This document shows positions 18,706 to 27,086 of a stretch of 42,952 nt of DNA, piece by piece. Made by a program: the position numbers and the translations under genes. The DNA is taken from NCBI GenBank assembly GCA_043812195.1, contig JBDRML010000004.1, positions 1-42,952 on the forward strand, given 5' to 3'. The notes below the pieces were generated by a model. That model was given only the letters and a program-made list of their open reading frames with translations, did not search any database and had not been told where the DNA came from. Within the stretch, counting starts at the first letter, position 1. Every line of letters starts with the position of its first letter. This DNA comes from Candidatus Woesearchaeota archaeon. GTDB taxonomy: Archaea > Nanobdellota > Nanobdellia > SCGC-AAA011-G17 > PNOQ01.

Positions 18706-19115
18706 ATTTTATATTTTAATGTGCAAATTTCATTTTCTGAATTGAAGTAATATTTTCCACTAATTATTGCTTTATTTTCTGGAGGAATATTTCCTACATA
18801 AAAATTGCAGCTTCCTGGACCATCACCTTTTAATTCTATATCATAATAATTTGGAAGTATTCGCTGAATTTCATTATTGATTTGTGAAGTGTCTGGTGTG
18901 TCTAAATATCCTTTATAATCTAAAACTCTTGAGATATCTGAACCATATTTTAATAATTGGAGATTTGGTAAGGGATCTTTATTTGCTTTTGTTACAAATG
19001 TAGAAGCAACTAAAAGAGATGTAAATACAATAACTAATGCTATTGCAACGTCCATTGTGAATATGAATCCTTTTTTATTTTTCTTGTAATTGGAATTGAA
19101 GTATTGCTTCTTCAT
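18693..19115 (-). CDS. Minor pilin-like protein
   Basis: KKG/FIFTMD + hydrophobic helix. Confidence 0.75.
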   Translation of the reverse strand: MKKQYFNSNYKKNKKGFIFTMDVAIALVIVFTSLLVASTFVTKANKDPLPNLQLLKYGSDISRVLDYKGYLDTPDTSQINNEIQRILPNYYDIELKGDGPGSCNFYVGNIPPENKAIISGKYYFNSENEICTLKYKIWLK

Positions 19116-19605
19116 TTTGATAAATTACTAACCTCCTAATTGAAACTTTTGTTTTATTTTGTAGTATTCCTTTTTCTATTATTGGATTTAAATCAGAACC
19201 ATCTAAATTAATTATTTTAAAATAATATTCGTAATTATTTATATTGAAAATATCTTTAGTTTCATTATAGCTTGTATTAAGAAATTTTTCAAGTTTGTAT
19301 TCATCAATTATACCCTCTTCATAGACTAAACCTATTGTAGTAATCGATGTTTGTTGTTCTGTACTGTGTGATAATGGCCTTGGTAATTCCCATGTACTTG
19401 GTTTTCCAGGATATTGAGTTAATAAATCTGCTATATGAAATGTTTTAATAATTAAATCATTATATTCTATATGTTTTTCAATTTTAATATTATATTCATT
19501 CCATGTAAACATTATTGTTGCTACCAAAATTCCGAATATTACAGCAGCTATAAATAAATCTAATACTGCAACTTGTCCTCTTTTTTCTTTATGATACATC
19601 TTCAA
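19075..19605 (-). CDS. Minor pilin-like protein
   Basis: KRG/QVAVLD; PGKPSTWE. Confidence 0.75.
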   Translation of the reverse strand: MKMYHKEKRGQVAVLDLFIAAVIFGILVATIMFTWNEYNIKIEKHIEYNDLIIKTFHIADLLTQYPGKPSTWELPRPLSHSTEQQTSITTIGLVYEEGIIDEYKLEKFLNTSYNETKDIFNINNYEYYFKIINLDGSDLNPIIEKGILQNKTKVSIRRLVIYQNEEAILQFQLQEK

Positions 19606-20788
19606 AGGATATTACATTATTTTTATTCTTTATTTTAAAATCTCCTGTAATTTGTTGGAAGTAAGTTTTTGAAGCTACAGCACAAGTTATATCGCTGTCT
19701 TTCTCTGATTGTAATATAAGATTATATGCTACGTCTATTAAATTTATTAAAACATCTGAAAAATCGTTTCCTGGTGGATTTATGAATTCAGGACTAAATT
19801 CTCCTATGTAATAGATTTTACCTTCTCCTATTTCCCAATGTGCAATTGCTGGTTTATCTGTACTGTCTCCTAGACAAGGAGTTACACCAAAACATGTTTC
19901 ATTTCTATATATAGCAATAGCATCGAATCCTTCTGCATTTATTGGTGTTACAAATGGTCTATTATTAAAACTTAATTTGTCTCCTGGAAAAAGATTAAAT
20001 GCTTCATTGCTATTATTTATACCCACATTCCAGTCATATGGCCAAAACCATGCAGTACTTCTTTGATTTATTTCTACATCAAATACTTGCCATTCGTCTG
20101 AATGATATGAACCATCCGGATTACATTTATATGAACTTAAAGGATATTCACCAGACATTTGTTCTGTACACATTACATTTCTTGAAAGTATTAATGAATT
20201 TCCTTGTGCTGTCCAATTTTCTAAAAGCTCTATGTAATTTTCTGAAAATTGTATATGTGGATCTTCTAAATAGATTGTTGTATAATTATCTAAATTTTCA
20301 ATTAAATCTGATAAAGTATTATTTATTTCTTGATCAAACCAAGTAACATTTATTAAGTCGCAACCTTCACCACCAATATCCTCAAAACAAATTTTATACC
20401 AATCTGGTTCTGGTTCTATTTCATTATTTGCTTTATTGTAAAATTCTTCTTTTGTTGGTCCGCTTTCTGATGCTAATATTGCTATTTTTTCACTTGATTG
20501 CTCATTTTTTAAATCTTCTATGCTTATTAAACTAGAATTGAAAGATGTTATTAAAAAATCTGAATTTGTTCTTGCTTCTGTCCCTGGACCATTTATATAA
20601 ACTGAATTTAATAAATTTGCAATTTTAAGGCATTCGTCTCTTTTTTCTATATGATCTGCTCTTTCTCTAAGGTCTATTTGTCTATTAACAACAAATAGAG
20701 AAATAAGTAAGAAAAGCCCCATTATTATACCTATGCCTAACATAAGTTCTGGGGCTACTTGTCCTTTACGCCCTTTCAATTTGAACAA
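19589..20788 (-). CDS. Large minor pilin/adhesin with inserted globular domain
   Basis: RKG/QVAPE; NGPG motif; about 250-aa insert ending IGEGKIYY. Confidence 0.75.
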   Translation of the reverse strand: MFKLKGRKGQVAPELMLGIGIIMGLFLLISLFVVNRQIDLRERADHIEKRDECLKIANLLNSVYINGPGTEARTNSDFLITSFNSSLISIEDLKNEQSSEKIAILASESGPTKEEFYNKANNEIEPEPDWYKICFEDIGGEGCDLINVTWFDQEINNTLSDLIENLDNYTTIYLEDPHIQFSENYIELLENWTAQGNSLILSRNVMCTEQMSGEYPLSSYKCNPDGSYHSDEWQVFDVEINQRSTAWFWPYDWNVGINNSNEAFNLFPGDKLSFNNRPFVTPINAEGFDAIAIYRNETCFGVTPCLGDSTDKPAIAHWEIGEGKIYYIGEFSPEFINPPGNDFSDVLINLIDVAYNLILQSEKDSDITCAVASKTYFQQITGDFKIKNKNNVISFEDVS

Positions 20789-21167
20789 CTCCCGAGTCTA
20801 GAGTTTCTAGTTTTATTTTGTATCTTCCTTTTTCTGTTGGAAGAGTCCCGTTAACTTGAGCATTTGTATAAACATAAAAATCTGAGTCTCCACCAAATAA
20901 AGTTAGTCTTATCATAATAAGATTTTCTTCTATCCTAGTTTCTTTAATGCTTCCTGGCATATTTACATATACAAAATCTCTATTTCCTGGCCCCAAAGTA
21001 TAAATTGTATCTGCTGTTTTTCCAAGTGTTTGTACTGAATCTTCTGCTTGTTCTATTTTTATGTTTTGAGACGAATGGAAAAAAACATAGTTAAAAATAG
21101 TTATTAATAGTACTAATAAAACCCCAACTAAAATTAGATATTCTAGTGCTGCCTGACCTCTTTTCAT
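20766..21167 (-). CDS. Class III signal peptide pilin-like protein
   Basis: KRG/QAALEYL; LGPG motif. Confidence 0.85.
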   Translation of the reverse strand: MKRGQAALEYLILVGVLLVLLITIFNYVFFHSSQNIKIEQAEDSVQTLGKTADTIYTLGPGNRDFVYVNMPGSIKETRIEENLIMIRLTLFGGDSDFYVYTNAQVNGTLPTEKGRYKIKLETLDSGVVQIERA

Positions 21168-21243
21168 AATATTTTTTTTAAGAAGAGAGTATATATATTT
21201 TATTGTTTGATTTTTGCCTTAATTCTTACAAATTTTAAAGAAT

Positions 21244-21306
21244 AAAAACATTTATATATGTGATTATGTTATTTTTTATTAGTAAAAATAATATTTAGTG
21301 AGGTGA
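21244..21306 (+). promoter_or_regulatory. BRE/TATA promoter and Shine-Dalgarno of pilin gene
   Basis: AAAAACA-TTTATATA (TATA 21251-21258); GAGGTGA 21300-21306, 8 nt before ATG. Confidence 0.65.
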
Positions 21307-21314
21307 AAAAATAG

Positions 21315-21794
21315 ATGAAAAAAAGAGGACAAGCAGCTATGGAGTTTTTGATGACTTATGGTTGGGCAATTCTGGTTGTTTTAGTCGCTATTGGTGCTTT
21401 AGCATACTTTGGTGTACTTAACCCTGGAAGATTCTTGCCATCAAGTTGTACAATAACACCAGGAATCTCTTGTGAAGACTTTGTTGTTAACGATGCATCC
21501 GATACAATAACATTGACTTTAAGAAATGGTATTGGCGATGATATAGATAGTGTTCAAGTTAATATCACTAAACCAGATGATGAAACGTCGTTAATATGTG
21601 ACTTGACTTGTACGACTGGTTGTACCGCTGGTTCAATGCCAGATGGACAATTAACTACATGGACAGCTACTGATTGCATAAGTACAGGATCCGCAGCAAG
21701 TAAATTTAGAGGAGACATTAAGTTCGGATACTATGGTGCTGGTGGAGTTGTTTGGCATGTAAAAACAGGTTCCATAACAACACAAGTAGAATAA
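21315..21794 (+). CDS. Type IV pilin, paralog B (probable major pilin)
   Basis: KRG/QAAMEFLMTYGWAILVVLV; own promoter, strong SD and terminator. Confidence 0.88.
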   Translation: MKKRGQAAMEFLMTYGWAILVVLVAIGALAYFGVLNPGRFLPSSCTITPGISCEDFVVNDASDTITLTLRNGIGDDIDSVQVNITKPDDETSLICDLTCTTGCTAGSMPDGQLTTWTATDCISTGSAASKFRGDIKFGYYGAGGVVWHVKTGSITTQVE

Positions 21795-21797
21795 AAC

Positions 21798-21816
21798 TTT
21801 ATTTTTTTCTTTTTTT
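21798..21816 (+). terminator. Oligo-T archaeal terminator
   Basis: TTTATTTTTTTCTTTTTTT right after the stop codon. Confidence 0.55.
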
Positions 21817-21927
21817 AGTTAATTATATGTTTGATTATTATTCATTCTAAAAGACATGAAGATTTTTTAAGAGCAGAGAAAAACATAATAGAAAGAAATA
21901 AAAAGTTTGGTATTTATGCAGATTAAG

Positions 21928-23406
21928 ATGAAAAATAAGTTTTATATAACGACCACCATACCATATTCAAACGCAGAACCCCATATAGGATTCGCTTTGG
22001 AAATTGTACAAGCAGATGTATTAGCTAGATGGCATTCTATATTAGGGGAGAATGTTTTCTTTTTAACAGGTACTGATGAACATGGCTCTAAAAATTATCA
22101 GACTGCAAAAAAAGAAGGGATTAGTCCTCAAAAATTTGTTGATAGAAATTCTAAAAAATTTAAAGAACTAACAAAAGTACTAAACATTTCTAATAATTAT
22201 TTTATTCGTACGACAGATAAAAAAAAGCATTGGCCAGGAGTAATTAAAATCTGGAAAATTTTGGAAAAAAATGGAGATATTTATAAGAAAAAATATGAAG
22301 GCAATTATTGTAGTGGTTGTGAAAGGTTTATAACTGATAAAGAATTAATTGATGGTAAATGCCAAGACCACCCAAATATTGAGATAAAAAACATATCGGA
22401 GGAAAATTATTTTTTTAGATTATCAAAATATTCTGATAAGATTAGAGAATTAGTTAAAAAAGATAGGTTACTTATAGTACCAGAGAAATGGAAAAATGAT
22501 TTTTTGGGGTTGATTAAAAATGGTCTAACAGATGTTAGTTTTTCTAGGGAAAAGAAACATTTGCCTTGGGGAGTGCCAATTCCTGGAGACAAAGATCAGA
22601 CTATGTATGTTTGGGGGGATGCACTCAATAATTATCTAACTGGGATAGGTTATCCAGATATAAAATACAAAAAATATTGGCCAGCAGATGTTCATCTTGT
22701 TGGAAAAGATATGTTAAGATTTCATGCAGGGATATGGCCTGGGATGCTCTTAAGTATAAACTTGCCTTTACCGAAAAAGATAGCTGTGCATGGTTTTATT
22801 GTAGTTGGCGGGCAAAAAATGAGTAAGTCCTTAGGAAATATTGTTGCTCCTCTCAAACTTGCTAAAGAATATCCTATTGATGCAATTAGATATTACCTAA
22901 TTAGACATATACCTTTTGGAGATGATGGAGATTTTTCAGAGCAAAAATTGAAAAATAGTTTGAATAATGAACTAGCTAATGATCTTGGTAATTTGCTAAG
23001 TAGAACTTTAACTTTATGTGAGAAATATTTTAATGGAAAATTGAAAAAACAAAAAGATGATGGGTTGTTTAAGAAATTAAAGATTGTTAAAGTAAAAAAA
23101 TATTTTGATAGTTATGAATTACATAATGCTTTGAGCGAAATTTGGAATTTTGTTAGAGAATCCAATAAGTATGTAAATAAGAATGAACCTTGGAAAAATG
23201 AGAAAAATAGAGATGTTGTATTATATAATTTATTAGAATCCTTAAGGATAATAAGCATATTGATACAACCTTTTATTCCTGAAACTAGTGAAAAAATATG
23301 TAAACAATTAGGAGTTAAACTTGGTTCAATAAAGGATGTAAAATTTGGGATTGTTTCTAATTATAATGTTAAGAAAGGAGATATCTTATTTAAGAAATTA
23401 AAATGA
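21928..23406 (+). CDS. metG: Methionyl-tRNA synthetase, catalytic core
   Basis: FYITT.IPY.N..PHIG, GTDEHG, GKD.LRFH, KMSKS; start may be 21916 or 21928. Confidence 0.95.
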   Translation: MKNKFYITTTIPYSNAEPHIGFALEIVQADVLARWHSILGENVFFLTGTDEHGSKNYQTAKKEGISPQKFVDRNSKKFKELTKVLNISNNYFIRTTDKKKHWPGVIKIWKILEKNGDIYKKKYEGNYCSGCERFITDKELIDGKCQDHPNIEIKNISEENYFFRLSKYSDKIRELVKKDRLLIVPEKWKNDFLGLIKNGLTDVSFSREKKHLPWGVPIPGDKDQTMYVWGDALNNYLTGIGYPDIKYKKYWPADVHLVGKDMLRFHAGIWPGMLLSINLPLPKKIAVHGFIVVGGQKMSKSLGNIVAPLKLAKEYPIDAIRYYLIRHIPFGDDGDFSEQKLKNSLNNELANDLGNLLSRTLTLCEKYFNGKLKKQKDDGLFKKLKIVKVKKYFDSYELHNALSEIWNFVRESNKYVNKNEPWKNEKNRDVVLYNLLESLRIISILIQPFIPETSEKICKQLGVKLGSIKDVKFGIVSNYNVKKGDILFKKLK

Positions 23407-23723
23407 TAAAATTTGATGAATGGCAAAAATTGGATTTGAGAGTTGCTGAGATTAAGAAAGTTGAAGATCATCCTAATGCAGATAAGTTATTTGTTATGAC
23501 TGTTGATGTTGGTGATGAAAAAAAACAGATTGTTGCTGGTATTAGAAATCATTATAAAAAAGAAGATTTGATTGGAAAGAAAATTATTGTTTTTAATAAT
23601 TTAGAGCCTGTTGTTTTGAGGGGTGTTGAGAGTAAAGGAATGTTGTTAGCTGCTAGCAATAAAGATGATGTAATTTTAATTACTGTTGATAAAGATATAA
23701 AGATTGGTTCAAAAATAAGTTAG
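23403..23723 (+). CDS. Stand-alone MetRS C-terminal/Trbp111-like tRNA-binding OB domain
   Basis: LDLRVAEI..VEDHPNADKL, QIVAGI, NLEP..LRGVES.GMLLAA. Confidence 0.92.
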   Translation: MIKFDEWQKLDLRVAEIKKVEDHPNADKLFVMTVDVGDEKKQIVAGIRNHYKKEDLIGKKIIVFNNLEPVVLRGVESKGMLLAASNKDDVILITVDKDIKIGSKIS

Positions 23724-23854
23724 TTATCTTCTTCTATAATTATAGTTCCAATATAATCACAATCTTTGCACTGATATTTGCCAAATTGGCCACCCATGTA
23801 TAATGTAATGTTTGTTGATTTACATATTGGGCATTTTTTAGTTTTTGATTTCAT
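23720..23854 (-). CDS. 44-aa Zn-ribbon protein (not in ORF track)
   Basis: MKSKTKKCPICKSTNITLYMGGQFGKYQCKDCDYIGTIIIEEDN; ATGA overlap with the upstream hydrolase. Confidence 0.8.
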   Translation of the reverse strand: MKSKTKKCPICKSTNITLYMGGQFGKYQCKDCDYIGTIIIEEDN

Positions 23855-24492
23855 TTTATGTTGTGTTCTTTTTTGTATTTTAACCAATTATCTTTTAGAA
23901 ATTGGAAATCCTTAAAAGTCTTACATAGCAAAAATGGATTTGTTTCTTTTTCATGTTTTATTGTTGAACTTAATTTAATACCATAATCATGTCCTGGAAA
24001 AATTTCTATATTCTCTGGTAGTTTCATAATTTTATGTAAGCTTTCAAATTGTTCTTCTGGGTTGCTGCCTTTGAAAAATGGACCTGTGCCTCCAATTTTT
24101 TCAACAAATAAAAGATCTCCTGTGAACAGATTATCTTCTACCCAAACACAAATATGGTCTTTAGAATGCCCTGGTGTGTGGAGGAACTTTATAGTTAAGT
24201 GGCCTAATTTTATCTCTTGGTTATCTTTTATGGAAATATCATGTTTGACATTGGATAATTTGTGTTGGATTATTTTAGCACCTGTTAAGGATTTCAATTC
24301 TTCATTTCCTTCAATATGATCTATGTGTGAGTGTGTATTTATTATAAATTTAACATTATATTTTTTTATTTCATTTATTAATTCTTGGTTATTCTTAATA
24401 GGATCTATGACTGCTGCTTTATTTGTAGTACGATCTACTAAGATGTAAGAGAAATTTCTATCGTGGCCTCCTTTAATTGTTTTTATAAACAT
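23851..24492 (-). CDS. Metallo-beta-lactamase-fold hydrolase (glyoxalase II-like)
   Basis: THSHIDH, HTPGHS, FTGD, PGHDY, EKETNPF. Confidence 0.92.
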   Translation of the reverse strand: MFIKTIKGGHDRNFSYILVDRTTNKAAVIDPIKNNQELINEIKKYNVKFIINTHSHIDHIEGNEELKSLTGAKIIQHKLSNVKHDISIKDNQEIKLGHLTIKFLHTPGHSKDHICVWVEDNLFTGDLLFVEKIGGTGPFFKGSNPEEQFESLHKIMKLPENIEIFPGHDYGIKLSSTIKHEKETNPFLLCKTFKDFQFLKDNWLKYKKEHNIK

Positions 24493-24505
24493 TTTTGAAG
24501 ATGAG

Positions 24506-24636
24506 TGGGACTGACAGGATTTGAACCTGCGACCTTTATCGGATATTGTTTAAATCTCTCGATGTCTGCTTAGACTGATATCAGTCGAATGAGCGGAAAT
24601 TGATCCTGTGCTCCAGCCAGGCTAAGCTACAGTCCC
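24506..24636 (-). tRNA. tRNA-Ile(GAU) with three introns (27/28, 37/38, 43/44)
   Basis: Removing 24589-24607, 24564-24578 and 24536-24557 gives a 75-nt cloverleaf GGGACTG...CTCGA CT GAT AA TCGAG AGGTC GCAGG TTCAAAT CCTGT CAGTCCCA; introns 1 and 3 sit in BHB motifs. Confidence 0.88.
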
Positions 24637-24708
24637 ATACTGATAAGGGTAAATATTTTGTTTATAAAATTAACTATTGGTCAAAAATTGTTTGGCAAGA
24701 TTAAAAAA

Positions 24709-24784
24709 CGCCTCGGCCAAGATTTGAACTTGGGATCTCATGGTTAACAGCCATGCGCATTAAACCAGACTATGCTACCGAGGC
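24709..24784 (-). tRNA. tRNA-Asn(GUU)
   Basis: GCCTCGG/CCGAGGC, CATGG-CT GTT AA-CCATG, CCAAG-TTCAAAT-CTTGG, G73. Confidence 0.95.
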
Positions 24785-24824
24785 ATACTAATTTGAGACC
24801 AATTTTCGCTTAAAAAGGTTTCTA

Positions 24825-25844
24825 TCAGTGTCCGTTATGCTCTTTAAGACCTAAATAACTAAAGAAAGAATAACCCAATATTAAAGAATAAATATAATAT
24901 AATCCTCTTTGAATGATTGTTACTGTAACTGCTACAACTGGATTTATTGAGAATAAAACAAATAAACCGATTAGAGTTGATTCTGTAATTCCAACTCCTC
25001 CAGGAATAAATGCTATATCTGAAATTAACTTAGATAATGTGACTATTACAAATAATGGTAAAATTCCGATATGAACATCAATTGCTAAAAATAAAGCATA
25101 AAATGAAAAATAAAAGAAAATCCATGCTACTAAAGTATATAGGCTTGCTGGAACGAGTATTTTTCTAGATGTTAAATATTCTTTAGAATTTTTAAAGAGA
25201 TCTATGGCTGAACTTTTCAAGAGATCTTTGAAATGATTAAATGTTTTAAATCTTTTATTGATAAATCTAAAATTGTAAATAATCATTAATATTTTAGTTA
25301 ATGGTTTTTTAACTGTTTCCCATTTTAATTTTACTATAATTCCTACAATAGTTACTATTCCTACAACAAATAATAAAAGAGTTATGAATGTTTTAATTTC
25401 TAGTGGAATTTTGATAGATAAAAACATGTAAATTAATGAAATGATAATAGACAAGAAGAAGAAAATATTGTTAAAAATTGCTTTATCTAATATTGTTATT
25501 ATTAAGGTGTCTGCAAACTTTCTTTTTTCCATTTTTGAGACATAGTATGCTTTTACTGGTTCTCCTCCTGCTCCTGCTGTTGGAGTGATCATACAGATGA
25601 ATGTCCCCATTATATTTAACATGAAGAATTTTATTAAGGAGATTTTACTTTTTAATAAAAATTTCAACCTAAGGGACCAGAATAAGAACATTATTGCAAG
25701 AGATAGAAATGAAATAAATACCCATAATGGATTTGCTTTTGCAATAGATTGTATAATTTCATTTATTCCTATTTTTGTAAAAATATATATTAATGCTAAA
25801 AAGAAGATAATTATTATTATTTTAAATATTGTTGATTTTTTCAT
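24825..25844 (-). CDS. Lysylphosphatidylglycerol-synthase-TM / flippase-like membrane protein (UPF0104-type)
   Basis: ITPTAGAGGEPVKAY, IPGGVGITE, multiple TMs. Confidence 0.88.
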   Translation of the reverse strand: MKKSTIFKIIIIIFFLALIYIFTKIGINEIIQSIAKANPLWVFISFLSLAIMFLFWSLRLKFLLKSKISLIKFFMLNIMGTFICMITPTAGAGGEPVKAYYVSKMEKRKFADTLIITILDKAIFNNIFFFLSIIISLIYMFLSIKIPLEIKTFITLLLFVVGIVTIVGIIVKLKWETVKKPLTKILMIIYNFRFINKRFKTFNHFKDLLKSSAIDLFKNSKEYLTSRKILVPASLYTLVAWIFFYFSFYALFLAIDVHIGILPLFVIVTLSKLISDIAFIPGGVGITESTLIGLFVLFSINPVVAVTVTIIQRGLYYIYSLILGYSFFSYLGLKEHNGH

Positions 25845-25994
25845 CTAAGGTAAAAAAGATTTGGGGTTTTTTAACTTTTGTGGTATTGGTAAATTATGTT
25901 GTTTTCTATATGAATTTCTAAAATCTCACCTAATTTAGTTTCAGTTAGAAACTTTAAAAGAGAAGAGTAATCCGTATGGACTTTTTCTTCATGC

Positions 25995-27086
25995 TTAGTC
26001 TAAAAATTCTTTATTCTTTATCTTTTCTGGTAAATATTTTTCAGATATGAAGCTTATACCTTTAGAGCTTAATGCTTGTATTTCTGCTTTAGCTTTGTTC
26101 TGTTTCATCATTTTAAATTGTCTTTGCCATTGCTTATTGTCTTTAAACCATTTGTATTCTGAGATTTGTTTTAACCTATTAATATCTTTGTCGTTCATCT
26201 TGATTAGATGTTTTTTTAAATCGTATTTTTCTATGTCATCAGTTGTTATTCCTAAATATTTAACACCTGGGATGGTTAATCTTTCTGAAGCGTGAGCTAA
26301 AGCTATGGATCCGTATTTAATTACAGAATAAATATAATATCCCCATGGGTCATTATCACATAATACATAAATTGGAAGTTTATGTTCATCGTATAATCTC
26401 TGCAGTAACCTTCTTACCCCTCTAGTTGTTTGGCCCTGAGATGTTACTAAAATACAATTATTTTTCTCCCAAAATCTATCTTCATTTAATCTTTCAAATA
26501 TTGCTGCTTTTTCCATGTAAAGAACATATTTAGCACTGACTTTTTTTAATACTATCTCATCTGTAATTGATGGGATGGACCATCCTCCTCTGCCTAATCT
26601 ACTCCAGTCTATTATATCTTTTCCGTCTTGGATTACAACTTTTCCTACAACACTACCCATTTTGTTTGCAGAGGTATGTAATTGCTCCCTAGACAGCCCG
26701 GTAATTACTTCTAAGTCTTCTATTGCTTTATCGCTTTCTATTTGTTCATCCACTAAATTGACATTTGTCCCAGGAATTGTTCTTTTAGCCATATAAAAGA
26801 TTCCTCTAAGGTGCTCATGTTTTCCTGATTTTAGAAGCTCTTTCTTAATTATTCTAGCAATTTCTACAGTTTGTAAGAACCTTTTTGCGTGTGCAACATT
26901 AAAGAAAGATCTACTAATTTTTTTATCACCTAATTTTAAAATCTTATTTTTTTGATCATAAACTATGTTACTTATATTTCTGAGTAAAAATTTTATTTCT
27001 GGGTTCTTCCCTTTCTTAATCTGTCTACTTAGGTTTTTACCCAGTTCTTCTAACTTTACTTCTGATTCATCTTTCTTCTTTGACAT
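25995..27086 (-). CDS. top6A: DNA topoisomerase VI subunit A
   Basis: LRGIFY catalytic Tyr, EK.A.F.RL, D.DPWG TOPRIM, KAEIQAL. Confidence 0.95.
   Translation of the reverse strand: MSKKKDESEVKLEELGKNLSRQIKKGKNPEIKFLLRNISNIVYDQKNKILKLGDKKISRSFFNVAHAKRFLQTVEIARIIKKELLKSGKHEHLRGIFYMAKRTIPGTNVNLVDEQIESDKAIEDLEVITGLSREQLHTSANKMGSVVGKVVIQDGKDIIDWSRLGRGGWSIPSITDEIVLKKVSAKYVLYMEKAAIFERLNEDRFWEKNNCILVTSQGQTTRGVRRLLQRLYDEHKLPIYVLCDNDPWGYYIYSVIKYGSIALAHASERLTIPGVKYLGITTDDIEKYDLKKHLIKMNDKDINRLKQISEYKWFKDNKQWQRQFKMMKQNKAKAEIQALSSKGISFISEKYLPEKIKNKEFLD

Noticed and set aside
24588-24594. CAT anticodon reading (tRNA-Met/Ile2) of the interrupted tRNA
   Set aside because: No anticodon stem forms around it; it lies in intron 1, whereas GAT gives a perfect CTCGA/TCGAG stem
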